DNA of 64,000 nt. Source: Pelagomonas calceolata. Lineage: Eukaryota. Both the position numbers and the translations under genes were made by a program. The stretch lies in NCBI GenBank assembly GCA_918797485.1, contig CAKKNE010000002.1, positions 4,340,001-4,404,000 of the forward strand, in the 5' to 3' direction. A model generated the notes under the pieces. The model saw nothing but the letters and a program-made list of their open reading frames with translations. It was not told the DNA's origin and ran no database searches. This document shows positions 31,299 to 41,194 of this stretch, piece by piece. Position 1 is the stretch's first letter. Each line of letters begins with the position of its first letter.

Positions 31299-32816
31299 TT
31301 AAATCTCGTCCCGCAGGATCCGCCCCCGGAGCTCCCGCATCAGATGGTTCATGTAGTAGATGTTGTGCAGCGACGCGAGCGTCAGCGCGAGGGGCTCGTT
31401 CTGCTTGAAGAGGTGGTGCAGGTACGCGCGCGTGTAGGGGATCGACTCCATGTGCGGGTCGATCGGCGTGTGGTCGTTCTGGTACTTTGTGGCGGAAATG
31501 CGCACGTCACCCTGCGTCGTCAATAGAGTGCCGTGCCTCGCGACGCGCGTGGGATTGCACGAGTCCATCGTGTCGACGCCCAGCGGTACGACCGAAGCGC
31601 AGGACTCGGGGTCCGCGATGCCCAGTAGGTGGTTCGGCTTGTTGCGTGGCAACAAAGGCATCAACCAAGATAACATGTCCAGCATCTCCTGGCGATCTTT
31701 CCCCAGCGAGCCACCAACCGCCATGCCGTCGAAAGGTAGTGAGGACAGGTATTCTACGGATCTCGTCCGCAACTCCCTATCCACACCACCATGCACGACG
31801 GCGTACATGGCCTGGTCATTCACATTCGACAAATGCTCTCGCAGACTACGAGCCATCCATCTATGACTTAGTTGGACGGACTTCTCCAGGCGATCCCGCG
31901 TGACGTGGTACGGCGGCAGTTCGTCTAGAGGTATGATAATGTCCGCGCCGAACTTTTTTTGCGCTTGCACGCTGCTTTCTGGCGTCAGTTCAATAACCGC
32001 ACCGTCCCTATAAGATTTGAAGACCACGCCTTGCTCCGTCACACTACACAATTTGCCGTGCTGCGTCTCTTGAGCATCTTTCTTCCTCCTTACCCTCTTC
32101 TGTTTCAGCTCGGGGCCGTCGTCGTCACTATCCGCATCAGCTAACGAAAAAACCTGGAACCCGCCTGAATCGGTAATCAGAGGTCGATCCCGTCGCATAA
32201 ATTTGTGCAGACCGCCCGCACTTGATACAACCTCGGTCCCGGGATGCACCAACAAGTGATACGTGTTGCAGAACATGAGCTGCACGTCCGCATCATTCGC
32301 TTGTTCCGAGCTCACCGCCTTGAGCGCTCCGTTCGTCCCGACGGGAACGAAGCACGGCGTGTCAATCACTCCATGAGGGGTGTGGATGCGGCCCACCCTT
32401 GCCCTCGATCCTGGTTTTTTGGATTCATGTAAGACCTCGAAGCGGAAGTGGCTTCGAGGCGCCCACGGTTCGAAGGTCGAAGCGTCAGGCGGCGCTTGCA
32501 TCGGGTCGACGACTTCTTGGCTCGGCGCCTTGCGCTTCTTGCCGGCCTTGTAGTCTTCACTTTCGCCTGTGAGTGCCTTATATCTAGATTGCAATTCAGC
32601 GATCTCCTTTGACACATCGGCATTTGGTAAGAGTTTTGACTTCTCGGTAATGGAACCCTTGACCTGTGCCACATCCTTCTCCCAGGTTTCTCTCGCCCGT
32701 AACCGCTCTTCCAATGCAGCCGCTTCTGATGAGGAACCGTTGCCGACGTGCTTCAACCGTCGCAGTTGTTTTTTTAGTTCTTTCGCGGTGGCCTGTTCTG
32801 GGGTTCCGGTCGTCAT
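31299..32816 (-). CDS. tgt: Queuine tRNA-ribosyltransferase (tRNA-guanine transglycosylase) with N-terminal WHEP-like extension
   Basis: ARVGRIHTPHGVIDTPCFVPVGT, CNTYHL, TDSGGFQVFSL, HGG, HLLGI, D..PTRVARHG, YTRAYLHHLF, HN. Confidence 0.92.
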   Translation of the reverse strand: MTTGTPEQATAKELKKQLRRLKHVGNGSSSEAAALEERLRARETWEKDVAQVKGSITEKSKLLPNADVSKEIAELQSRYKALTGESEDYKAGKKRKAPSQEVVDPMQAPPDASTFEPWAPRSHFRFEVLHESKKPGSRARVGRIHTPHGVIDTPCFVPVGTNGALKAVSSEQANDADVQLMFCNTYHLLVHPGTEVVSSAGGLHKFMRRDRPLITDSGGFQVFSLADADSDDDGPELKQKRVRRKKDAQETQHGKLCSVTEQGVVFKSYRDGAVIELTPESSVQAQKKFGADIIIPLDELPPYHVTRDRLEKSVQLSHRWMARSLREHLSNVNDQAMYAVVHGGVDRELRTRSVEYLSSLPFDGMAVGGSLGKDRQEMLDMLSWLMPLLPRNKPNHLLGIADPESCASVVPLGVDTMDSCNPTRVARHGTLLTTQGDVRISATKYQNDHTPIDPHMESIPYTRAYLHHLFKQNEPLALTLASLHNIYYMNHLMRELRGRILRDEI

Positions 32817-33467
32817 CGCGAGCCTATGTAAGTGAGGGTTTTGCGGCGTAAAGTCGCGCGTCGGCGTTGCGTCGCGTGTGTGGGACCGCTCGAGATTGAG
32901 TAGGAGGTTAATTTCCCCAGCTTTGGTGCTCCGGATGCGACTCCGGGGCGTGAGAGAGAAACGTTCTTCACTGCGGTTGCTTTGCTTTGTGTGTGTTGTT
33001 GCTTCTTCGGGGGAGGCGTCCTTACCTGCTGAGCACCGCTGGTCGTAGTCGTCGCGTCGGCTGCCTGCTCTGCAGCAGCACTGGTCTCAGAGTCTGTTGC
33101 AGCAAACCGTTCGCGCGTCGCAGCAGAATTGTTGCAAACAGTAACCCGCGCATGCAGCGCGAGTACTGCACGTACGCGAAGCGGCAGCGCTCAGCTCGCA
33201 CTAGTTGGCGAGACTGCAGCGCTTTTGCCCTCCTGTGCAGCCCCTCTCTGCAGCTCTGGCCTCGATCGCCGGACGCTTCACAACAGAGGGCAACTCACCA
33301 ACGCATTGTTCAGGACACGCACATGAGGCGTACGGAGAACGCGCCGTCCCTGTTTGATCTGGCCTCGTCTAAGCTGACGCGCGCAAATCGCGCAACAGAC
33401 GAATGATCCACAACATTACGCACTAAATCCCCAGTGACGCGGTCGCATCGGCGCGGCGTCGTGGCGT

Positions 33468-35048
33468 CTACTCCGCGAGCCGCGCGCGGTCTCCCCTCCA
33501 GGGGCTCCGCCCACTAGTCCTAGCACCGCAGTCACGGTCCCGCTCGAGCCGCCGCTCGTGCGCCGCGTTGTCGTCGACGAAGCGCTCGATAAGCCGCGCA
33601 TAGGCGTGGTCCGGCGGCAGAGCCCGCGCGTCCGGCGCGCCGACGCCGCCCTTCTGCAGGATCATCGTCGAGCCGCTCCGGCCCGGTAGGTTCGTTGGGA
33701 GCGAGATCGGTACGGGGCCCTCGAGCACGTCGAGCGCGCACTGCAGGATTTCGGGCCAGAGGCGATGCGTCGTCTCGGCGAAGAGGAACAATGCCCCGGG
33801 CTGGGCCGCCTTGAAGAGATCGCGGAAGAAGACGTACTCCGAGGCGCGCAGTGATACAGCGTTCTCGGCGACGACATACGATGCGATGAAGACATCTGTC
33901 GTGTCGGCACGTTGCGCCACTGCGGCGTTCGCTTCTGAATCCAGCGGAATGGTGATGTCGCCCGTGTGAAAGGCCACGCGGTGCCCGCCCGGAACAACCG
34001 AAGCCAGCGCCTCCACGCAGGCCGCCCAACCCTCTTCATAATCGACGACGTCGCAGTGCACTCGCGCCGACGGCCGCTGGTGGCGCGTCGGCGCCGGTCG
34101 GTTGTCCAGGTAGTCGCCGCCCGCATAATCCGCGAGCGTCGCGAGGGCCGCGAAGTCGCCTCCAGGACCTCCACCGAGCGAGAGCACGCGGCACGTCTCC
34201 TGGTATAGTATCACACGAGCCACTGCCAACCTCAACCACGCGTCCTCGGCGCAGAAGAACGCATCAGCAATTTTTTGAGCTCTCGGCGCGAGGTGCAGGC
34301 GCGCGTAGCCCTTCCGAGCAATCTCGTCCCCAAAGCACGGCATCGTCCCCCACGTCGCCGCGTCGCCCAGGGCGACCTCGAGCGCCCGCGTCGCCGGATC
34401 GTCGCCGTCGCCGGGGAACGCTTCGGCGCTCAGCGCGTCGAAGCGGCGCCGCGAGCGTCGCAGCCACGCCGTCCGTCGTCGTCCGGACGCGCCAAGGCCG
34501 GCGGTGCCCTCGGTGAGGACAGCCCTCGCTTCCGCGAAGCGGCCGCTTCTCGCAAGCGCCACCGCGGCCGCGTCCCTCACGCGGGCGTCGTCGGCGAGGC
34601 CTCGGGCCACGGCCTCCTCGAAGAGCGCGGCGACGTCGTCGGGCCGACTCGCGCGCCCCAAACACCGCAGCGCCGTCGTGTACGTGAACGCGTCGGGGCT
34701 GAACGAGCGCCGGCCCATGAGCTCCCGGGCCTCGGCCCACCGCGGCGCGCCGCCGAGGCCGCGGCCGCAGCCCGCGCGGTCGCAGGCAACTAAAGCGGCG
34801 GTGCCGGCCCTCACGGAGACCACCTCATGTCTGCGCTCGAGGGCATCCAGCAACGCGATGGCGCGGCGCCACTCGCCGCGGCGGCCCGACCGCGTGATGG
34901 CGCGCGTGTACGGCTCGTCGCGGCGGCGCAGCGATGCCTCGTCGGCGACGTGGGGTAGCGTGCTACTCAGGCGCACGCGCTGTCGCACGAGGCCGCCAGC
35001 CTGTCGCAACGCGCTACAGCGCAGCATCACGAGCAGCAGCAGTGTCAT
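33468..35048 (-). CDS. PPR-repeat protein fused to a SAM-dependent methyltransferase-like domain
   Basis: YTRAITRSGRRGEWRRAIALL and PDAFTYTTALRCLGRASRPDDVAALFEE PPR repeats; VLSLGGGPGGD motif I, DVFIASYVVAE. Start at MTLLLLV (signal-like). Confidence 0.7.
   Translation of the reverse strand: MTLLLLVMLRCSALRQAGGLVRQRVRLSSTLPHVADEASLRRRDEPYTRAITRSGRRGEWRRAIALLDALERRHEVVSVRAGTAALVACDRAGCGRGLGGAPRWAEARELMGRRSFSPDAFTYTTALRCLGRASRPDDVAALFEEAVARGLADDARVRDAAAVALARSGRFAEARAVLTEGTAGLGASGRRRTAWLRRSRRRFDALSAEAFPGDGDDPATRALEVALGDAATWGTMPCFGDEIARKGYARLHLAPRAQKIADAFFCAEDAWLRLAVARVILYQETCRVLSLGGGPGGDFAALATLADYAGGDYLDNRPAPTRHQRPSARVHCDVVDYEEGWAACVEALASVVPGGHRVAFHTGDITIPLDSEANAAVAQRADTTDVFIASYVVAENAVSLRASEYVFFRDLFKAAQPGALFLFAETTHRLWPEILQCALDVLEGPVPISLPTNLPGRSGSTMILQKGGVGAPDARALPPDHAYARLIERFVDDNAAHERRLERDRDCGARTSGRSPWRGDRARLAE
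33498..33528 (-). repeat. Copy of the GTGCTAGGACTAGTGGGCGGAGCCCC dispersed repeat
   Basis: Exact reverse complement of 31 nt of the 35901/35960 repeat. Confidence 0.9.
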
Positions 35049-35277
35049 ATGTGCAATGTCATTTATGCGTAATGAGTCACAGCTAATACGCGTTGCTGTA
35101 CGACGCGTGGTTGCCCTATGGTGCGTATGCGTGCGCTCTGCAGCGGCGGCAAGCGCGTGCTGCAAGCTAGCTGGCAGGCTGTGCTCTGCGAGCCCAGCGA
35201 CGCGTACGCGAGCGCACGAAAGCAAAAAGCCTTGACGAGTGCTCTTGGTTTCGCTGACGACGACTAAGGCAGCCAGG

Positions 35278-35880
35278 ATGTCGCCGCGCTTCGTGGTGTG
35301 TCTGTGTGCAACGACAGCAGCGCTCTCTCCCATCCACGAAGCTCTGCGCAGTCGTCGCACCGTGCACAACTTCGACAACTCGCGAGACGTGCCCGACGAC
35401 GTGTTGCACCGCGCTATCGAAGCCGCGACGTACGCGCCGAACCACAAGATGACGGAGCCGTGGCTCTTCCGGCGGCTCGGCACCGACGCCATCGAGGCGA
35501 TCGCGTCACTGAATGCCGCGTCGATCTCCGACCCCGAAAAAGCCGCAAAAAAGGCGAAGCGCTGGGCCGACATCCGGAACTGGCTCGTGGTGACCTCGCG
35601 GATCACGCCCGGAGACGACTTATTAACGCGGGAGGACTACGCGGCGACGTGTTGCGCCGTCCAGAACCTGCAATTATCCTTCGCTGCCGACGGCATCGGT
35701 GCGAAGTGGACGTCTGGGGACATCCAGCGGACGCCGGAGTTCGAAAGGATTTGCGGCGTCGACGGGAACGCGGAGTGTGTTTGTGGAGTCATCTGGTACG
35801 GCTACGCGGCGGACGGCGCCGTGCCGGCGGCGCCGAGGCGGAAGCTCGGGGTGGACGAGATTTTGCTAAGTGTACCTTGA
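35278..35880 (+). CDS. Nitroreductase family protein (YdjA-like)
   Basis: LRSRRTVHNF, AATYAPNHKMTEPWLF, EDYAATCCAVQNLQL..DGIGAKWTSG. Confidence 0.9.
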   Translation: MSPRFVVCLCATTAALSPIHEALRSRRTVHNFDNSRDVPDDVLHRAIEAATYAPNHKMTEPWLFRRLGTDAIEAIASLNAASISDPEKAAKKAKRWADIRNWLVVTSRITPGDDLLTREDYAATCCAVQNLQLSFAADGIGAKWTSGDIQRTPEFERICGVDGNAECVCGVIWYGYAADGAVPAAPRRKLGVDEILLSVP

Positions 35881-35900
35881 AACGTCAGGGCCCTTCGTTA

Positions 35901-36000
35901 GTCGATGTTACGGTGCTAGGACTAGTGGGCGGAGCCCCTGGTCAAAACCTTCGGTGTCTGTCGATGTTACGGTGCTAGGACTAGTGGGCGGAGCCCCTGG
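35901..36000 (+). repeat. Two identical 41-bp direct repeats (35901-35941, 35960-36000)
   Basis: GTCGATGTTACGGTGCTAGGACTAGTGGGCGGAGCCCCTGG x2. Confidence 0.95.
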
Positions 36001-36195
36001 GGGGGAGACACCGCGCGTCGCCGATTCATCGGCGGCGAAAACAGCTAGCGCTGTAACACACTAGCAAGCTCGGAGCGGTTCGGGAAGGCATTCGGGAGGG
36101 CCTATGCTGCCCCGTCAGAGCGTACAGTAAATCAAATAGCTGCGATTTTGGCTTTGCAGTTACTGTCCTTGTAGTCTTGAACGAACCGAGGCAGC

Positions 36196-36954
36196 ATGTC
36201 GGAGCACAGCGGGAGCGACTCGGACGAGGGTCCGCCTCCCCAGTCCCCACTCGACCTGTATCAATGTAACAATAGGATCCAGACGAGGCGCCAAGCGACG
36301 CACGCGCGAGACGCGAAGAGTACCGTGAACGTAAAGACATTCCTGCTGTGCCGCGCGCGGGCGAGCCGTGGGAGCGCGTTCGGGCGTGTGCCCGACGCGA
36401 TATGTCGGCTCATTGCCGCGATCGCGGGCGGCTGCTTCGTGCCCGCCGACGGCTTTCGTGGCCGGCGCGAGGGCTGCGTGTTCAAACTCGGCGGACGGGG
36501 CTTGGGTTACTACCCGGACTTCGCTGCGCTGGAGCAAGCAGCGCGCGACCGGGAGCTCTCCTCGGAGGACCGCGTCCGGGCTATCAAAATCCAGTTGGAA
36601 GTCGACAGCGCAAGCCCGCCGGCGTCGGCCGAAGCTTGGGACGGACTCTTGTCTCGGCTTCAGGAGCTCGATCGCCTTACTACCGATGATCCTGGTACGA
36701 ATGCTATACTAGCATCGGTCGGGGGTGAAGTTATCGGCCTCCTCCTCGATCTCCGAAACAGCCAAGGACGGCGTTTCCTCAGGCAAATCCGAATAGGCGT
36801 TTACTCAGGCAAAACTCGAGTTGAGTTAATTCAGCCGACCCAGCCCAGCAAAGTCGAGACGGCCGTCGCCGAGCTAGCCCGGGACCTCGTGGCGAAGTAT
36901 AAACAGTGGCGCCAATTTCCACTTCCCGGAAAAGCGCCAATTTCGTACTTCTAG
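36196..36954 (+). CDS. Hypothetical protein with F..ADGF.G.R.G.VFK.G..GLGYY.D motif
   Basis: 252-aa ATG-initiated ORF. Confidence 0.6.
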   Translation: MSEHSGSDSDEGPPPQSPLDLYQCNNRIQTRRQATHARDAKSTVNVKTFLLCRARASRGSAFGRVPDAICRLIAAIAGGCFVPADGFRGRREGCVFKLGGRGLGYYPDFAALEQAARDRELSSEDRVRAIKIQLEVDSASPPASAEAWDGLLSRLQELDRLTTDDPGTNAILASVGGEVIGLLLDLRNSQGRRFLRQIRIGVYSGKTRVELIQPTQPSKVETAVAELARDLVAKYKQWRQFPLPGKAPISYF

Positions 36955-36988
36955 TAGTATGATATTAATACTTCAAGTTAGCACATTC

Positions 36989-38468
36989 TCACATACTCAG
37001 CGGCGCCAGCCCCGCGGCAAGCCACGCGTCGGCGTCGATTCGGGGGGAGAAGGGCGGCGGCGGCGCGTCCTCAACGATTGAAGCAGGAGCGGGCGCCGCC
37101 GCGTCGCGCTCCGGGCTCAGCAAGTGCCCCAGCCCCTCGCGCTCGGCCCACTCCGCGAGCTCGGCCTGCTTGCGCGCCTCCCGTCTCGCTCTTTCGGCAG
37201 TCGTCGTCTCGCCCGCGCCGTCCAGAGCGATGCCCAGCCGCCCCTTCCTGGCGCGCTCCAGCTCGTAGCCCCGCGGGCCCGTGGCCGGCATCGGTCCCAG
37301 GTCGAAATCAATAGCAGGTATTGGTGTATTGTACTCCTCGATGACGTCGCCCTTGAGGCCGTGGAGCTGGCCCTTGAGCGCCGCCCTCCTCACGACTAGA
37401 GGTGCCTTGGCGGCGGACCCTCGACTCCGCGCCCAGGAGCACCACGACGGCACGACGACGAGTTGGTCGGGCGGCGCGCCCATCGACACAAGTTTTTTTT
37501 GCAGTTTCTCTATATCTAACCGCAACGCGGCTTCGTCCCGCGATAGCTCAGTTAAACCGGCCTTCGCCGCCTCCCTGACAACCTCTTCGACGGCCTCCCG
37601 GAGCTGCTTCCGATCTTGGGCTTTCTCGGCCAGCGTCCCGTTCCGATGAATGTCCTCCCGCGAAAAGAAGTCGTAGTGGTCTCCCACACACTTCTTCAGC
37701 AGAGGCATCGATACAGTATGACAAATATCACAAATCTCGCGCTTCCGCTGGTCCGACGTGCCGATGGACTTGAATTTGGCATCGAGCTCGGGCACGCGCT
37801 CGAAGACGCCAGCCCCCTCGCCATTCGCGTAGACGCGCTCGCCGACCTCGAAATGAATCGATTTCTTCACCTCCCTCTCTAGAATCAATGGATCGACGTC
37901 GGCAGAAAACCCGAGCTCCTTGGCCGCACCCTTCATGCGCGTCTCAGCTACGTCCCTACGAGTCCGCTCTTCAGCTATTTTCATGATCTCTTCGCGAGAA
38001 GGCATCTTGACCTCCTCCTCGTTCTTGACCATGGCTTGTTCCCATCGTTTTTTACGTGCCGCATCCCTCTTCGCACATCGCTCAGCCTCGCGTTGCGCCC
38101 CACCTTCATAAATATTCCGCACGGCCCTCCTCCTCTCCTTTTCAGCACCGAGCTTCCTTTCTTTCAGTCGTTTCTGGAGCTTCCAGGTCGCGTCGGGCTG
38201 AATTATATTTTTTGCGGATCGTTTCGCGTCTTCGGCCATCTTGTAGTTCGTCACGCGCTTGAGCCGTCGGTCGTGCCTCACGGCCTTGTCGACTCTTTCC
38301 AATTTCTTGGCTTGCATCTGCTCTTGGGCCGCGTCGACCTGCGCCTTGGCCTGGGCGCGCATCGCCTCTAAAGCTGCCAGGCGGTGGCCCATGACCTCGG
38401 CCTCCCGTACTCGCATCCTCTCGATGGCTCTGTCGGCCTGGTCGCTGGCCGAGGGCTGCGGCTCCATG
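36989..38468 (-). CDS. Hypothetical coiled-coil protein
   Basis: Long charged ORF; likely start MEPQPS at 38468. Confidence 0.6.
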
Positions 38469-38776
38469 GTGTTCGACGGCGTTGGTGTTGCGTCGCCTCG
38501 GCGGCGTCGAGAGGCTGTGCTGCCCTTTACCTGCCCTGTGACTGGGCGCTCTTGTCCTCGACGCTGAGTCGGCCGGCTGCCCGCTGTGTCGGAGCGACTG
38601 GGCAGCGCTTCGTTCCTTGACGCTGAGCGCGCGTCGACGCCGTGGACGTACAGCTCGTACAGCGCCGACAACGATGGCCAGCCAGCACCGATTTGTTTTT
38701 TAGTCGCGGCATCCGTCGAGACGACGCCGTCGCCGCGGAGGGGCTAGATATACTTCACTTATTCCACAGGGACCCC

Positions 38777-39676
38777 CTAGGCCAGCGCGCCGGCGAACCT
38801 TTCCAGTAACGACACGACGGTGAACGCTCCACCCAATATAGATAAAAGCGACGTGATGTAGTCGTACCACCTTTTGGCGGATCTATTTGAGACGAGCGCC
38901 GTCATCGGGCTAATGTCAAACCCGAAGCGCGTCACGACCGTCTCGCCCTCTGTTTCTTGATGAGATAGGTGGTTCTGGTGGAGCAATTGGAAGGCCGTGA
39001 AGCCCCGCCGATTCGACAATTGATACTTCGTCGGTACGACGTGCACGAAGTGGTGGAAGACCTTGTCCGCGGACGGTGAGAGATACCTCGCTCGTTGGAG
39101 CGTAGGCGCTTCGGTTTTCGCGTACCTTTCTGGTAGAGAACGTAAACCAGCTCTCTGGGAGCGACTGAGAGGCATGCCAAATGTAAAATCTACCACATGA
39201 TGACTGAGATCGGAACCCGCCGGCGCACTGATCGCGACGGTACCGGGAGAGGTGTGCTCGTAGGCAATAAATCCCTGCAATTTACAACCGGGCATATCAG
39301 AGGTGTCGGCCTTGACGCCGTCCACGATCTTCCTATACGGCTGACTTCTCTTCGTGGCGTCGTCGAAGCGCCTTACTCTTAAAGTTCGTTCCAATCCATG
39401 AGTGGCCGCTCGGCTTTTGCCGCGCCACAATTCGACGGTGGCATCATCACAGTTGAGCTTGGGGAACTCGATGTCGATGTTGATCCGCGCCGGGGAGAGT
39501 CCTAACTCCACATCAATTTTCTCTCGGACATCGCCAGAGCCCACGAAGGCCCACGTTTCGACGAAGGCGAGGTAGCTCATTAAAACAATAGCGCCAATAC
39601 TAAAGGCGCCGCCCCTGTTGGTCGCTACGACCAGATCAGGGGAGATCTTGCGGTACATGTCGATGGCGCCCTTCAT
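38777..39676 (-). CDS. ER-Golgi intermediate compartment protein (ERGIC/Erv41-Erv46 family)
   Basis: IDMYRKISPDL..ATNRGGAFS, INIDIEFPKLNC, GCKLQG, LSHHV..FTFG, HFVHVVPTKY, FDISPM, SILGGAFTV. Confidence 0.85.
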   Translation of the reverse strand: MKGAIDMYRKISPDLVVATNRGGAFSIGAIVLMSYLAFVETWAFVGSGDVREKIDVELGLSPARINIDIEFPKLNCDDATVELWRGKSRAATHGLERTLRVRRFDDATKRSQPYRKIVDGVKADTSDMPGCKLQGFIAYEHTSPGTVAISAPAGSDLSHHVVDFTFGMPLSRSQRAGLRSLPERYAKTEAPTLQRARYLSPSADKVFHHFVHVVPTKYQLSNRRGFTAFQLLHQNHLSHQETEGETVVTRFGFDISPMTALVSNRSAKRWYDYITSLLSILGGAFTVVSLLERFAGALA

Positions 39677-40110
39677 CTTGCTTTGCTGCGGTGTTTTTGG
39701 GCTGCCGAGGGTTTTGCGCTTATCTCAGCCGCTGCGGTGCCAATTGCAGGGCAGTTTGCGTGGCGGGCGGCGCGCGGGATCTGTGCTGATTACACAAGCA
39801 AGCGATCCGTTCAGCGCGCTGCCGTCGGCGCGCTGTCGTGTCGACCCTGTTTTTTCGAGGTTTGCGTGCTAGTGTCTTACTACGCTAGCTAGTTCTAGCA
39901 GCAGCGGGTCCTCGGCACAAGCCCACTAGTTCTAGCACCGTAACAATACTTCGGAGCCCGGCACAGTTACAGTATACCTTCGGCTACGCGCATGAGTCGC
40001 GGCGATTGGCGCCACGGTGACGACGAGTCGACGACGGAGCGCCGGCGTCAGTCCGCCCTCACGCCGTCGCCGCGACCGCTGCTACTCTACGCTGCTACTA
40101 CTAGTAGCAA

Positions 40111-40141
40111 AAGGGAGAGAGACTCAGAGAGAGAGAGAGAA
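40111..40141. repeat. Short (GA)n microsatellite
   Basis: AAAGGGAGAGAGACTCAGAGAGAGAGAGAGA. Confidence 0.7.
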
Positions 40142-40164
40142 AACTGTAGACAGGGCGAGCGCTA

Positions 40165-40770
40165 TCACCGCCGGCCCGCCGCCGCGTCCTTGAGCTTCTG
40201 GATCTTCGCGTCCTTCAGCCTCACCAATTGTTCGAGCTTGGCGATCTTCTGCTCGAGGATGTCGACCGTCTCCCTCAAATCGTGGATCTCCTGCTCCTTC
40301 TCGACGAGGAGCTCCTGGTCGACGTCCGCCTGGAGCGACGCCTTGGCTTTCGCGGGCGGCGGCGCGACGGCCTCGTTGTTCGCTTGCGTGGTGGCTTTCG
40401 CCTCCTTGCGCCGTTGCTGATTTGCGCGGTAGCGGGCCATTTTCAGTTGGAGCGTATTTAGGACCCTTTCGACAGCTCCCGGCGCGCACTGGCATACGGC
40501 CTCGACGTCCGCTCTTGGTAGGGCCGCATCTAGCTTCCGCAATACTCTAGCGTTCAGCGTGTCCCAGTTATACAGCTTCTGTCTCATACTATTTGCTGGT
40601 GGGTAGTTGTGGAGATCCACTAATCGCGGGAAGTAGTGGTGGCAGACCTCGGCCGCCAACACGCCGTCCGCAAAATCTCTAGCAATGTTCCGCTTCGGCC
40701 GTGATAGAGGAATCTCGTCGACCCAGGCATACAAGCGCTGCAGCTCGTCGTCGTCCATCATGGCCGCCAT
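40165..40770 (-). CDS. SPEF1: Sperm flagellar protein 1 (CH domain + coiled coil)
   Basis: LYAWVDEIPLSRPKRNIARDFADGVLAAEV..HYFPRLVDLHNY...QKLYNWDTLN; C-terminal LRETVDILEQKIAKLEQLVRLKDAKI. Confidence 0.9.
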   Translation of the reverse strand: MAAMMDDDELQRLYAWVDEIPLSRPKRNIARDFADGVLAAEVCHHYFPRLVDLHNYPPANSMRQKLYNWDTLNARVLRKLDAALPRADVEAVCQCAPGAVERVLNTLQLKMARYRANQQRRKEAKATTQANNEAVAPPPAKAKASLQADVDQELLVEKEQEIHDLRETVDILEQKIAKLEQLVRLKDAKIQKLKDAAAGRR

Positions 40771-41194
40771 CGCGTTTGTGTTCGGTCGGCTGGCAGACGG
40801 TTGTCCCTCGATCTCAGCTTGTGGCGACCGCACGGAGGTACCGCTTCACTTGCTGTGGCTAGCTATGAATGCGGTCGTGCTGCACCTATGACAATGTCTC
40901 GGACGCCCCGGCGCGGCGCGAAACTGCCTCGCGGGGCCGAGGCTGCCTAGCGCGCATAGAGGCACTAGCTTTTGGCTCAGCGCTGAATCATGCCGCAGCA
41001 CGACTCCCGGCGAGCTCCCATGCGTCGCGGGAAGCATGGGTGTTGCGCGCAGGGGATGAGCAAAGGCCTTGATTTCATGACAGCAAACTCAGCCTGCACA
41101 AACGCGTCGCATCGCTGGCTTTGGCTTGATCTGAGACGTGCGTCGAGCAACAGCACTGCGGCTGTCCTTGCGGACGACAGATAAGGGCGCAAGC

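Noticed and set aside
32820..33460. Possible small gene or ncRNA in a 600-bp gap
   Set aside because: ORFs lack coding-like composition, the GCAGC-rich texture matches other upstream regions, and no recognisable RNA structure is present.
35049..35606. N-terminal extension of the 712-aa track ORF
   Set aside because: Antisense to the nitroreductase gene and starts at a non-ATG; the true start is probably 35048.
35901..36000. Two identical 41-bp repeats with an 18-bp spacer as a CRISPR array
   Set aside because: Only two units, a short spacer that partly repeats upstream sequence, no cas genes, and a eukaryotic context.
33481..36017. Composite transposon bounded by inverted repeats
   Set aside because: No transposase and no target-site duplication; further copies elsewhere are explained by 3'-end placement.
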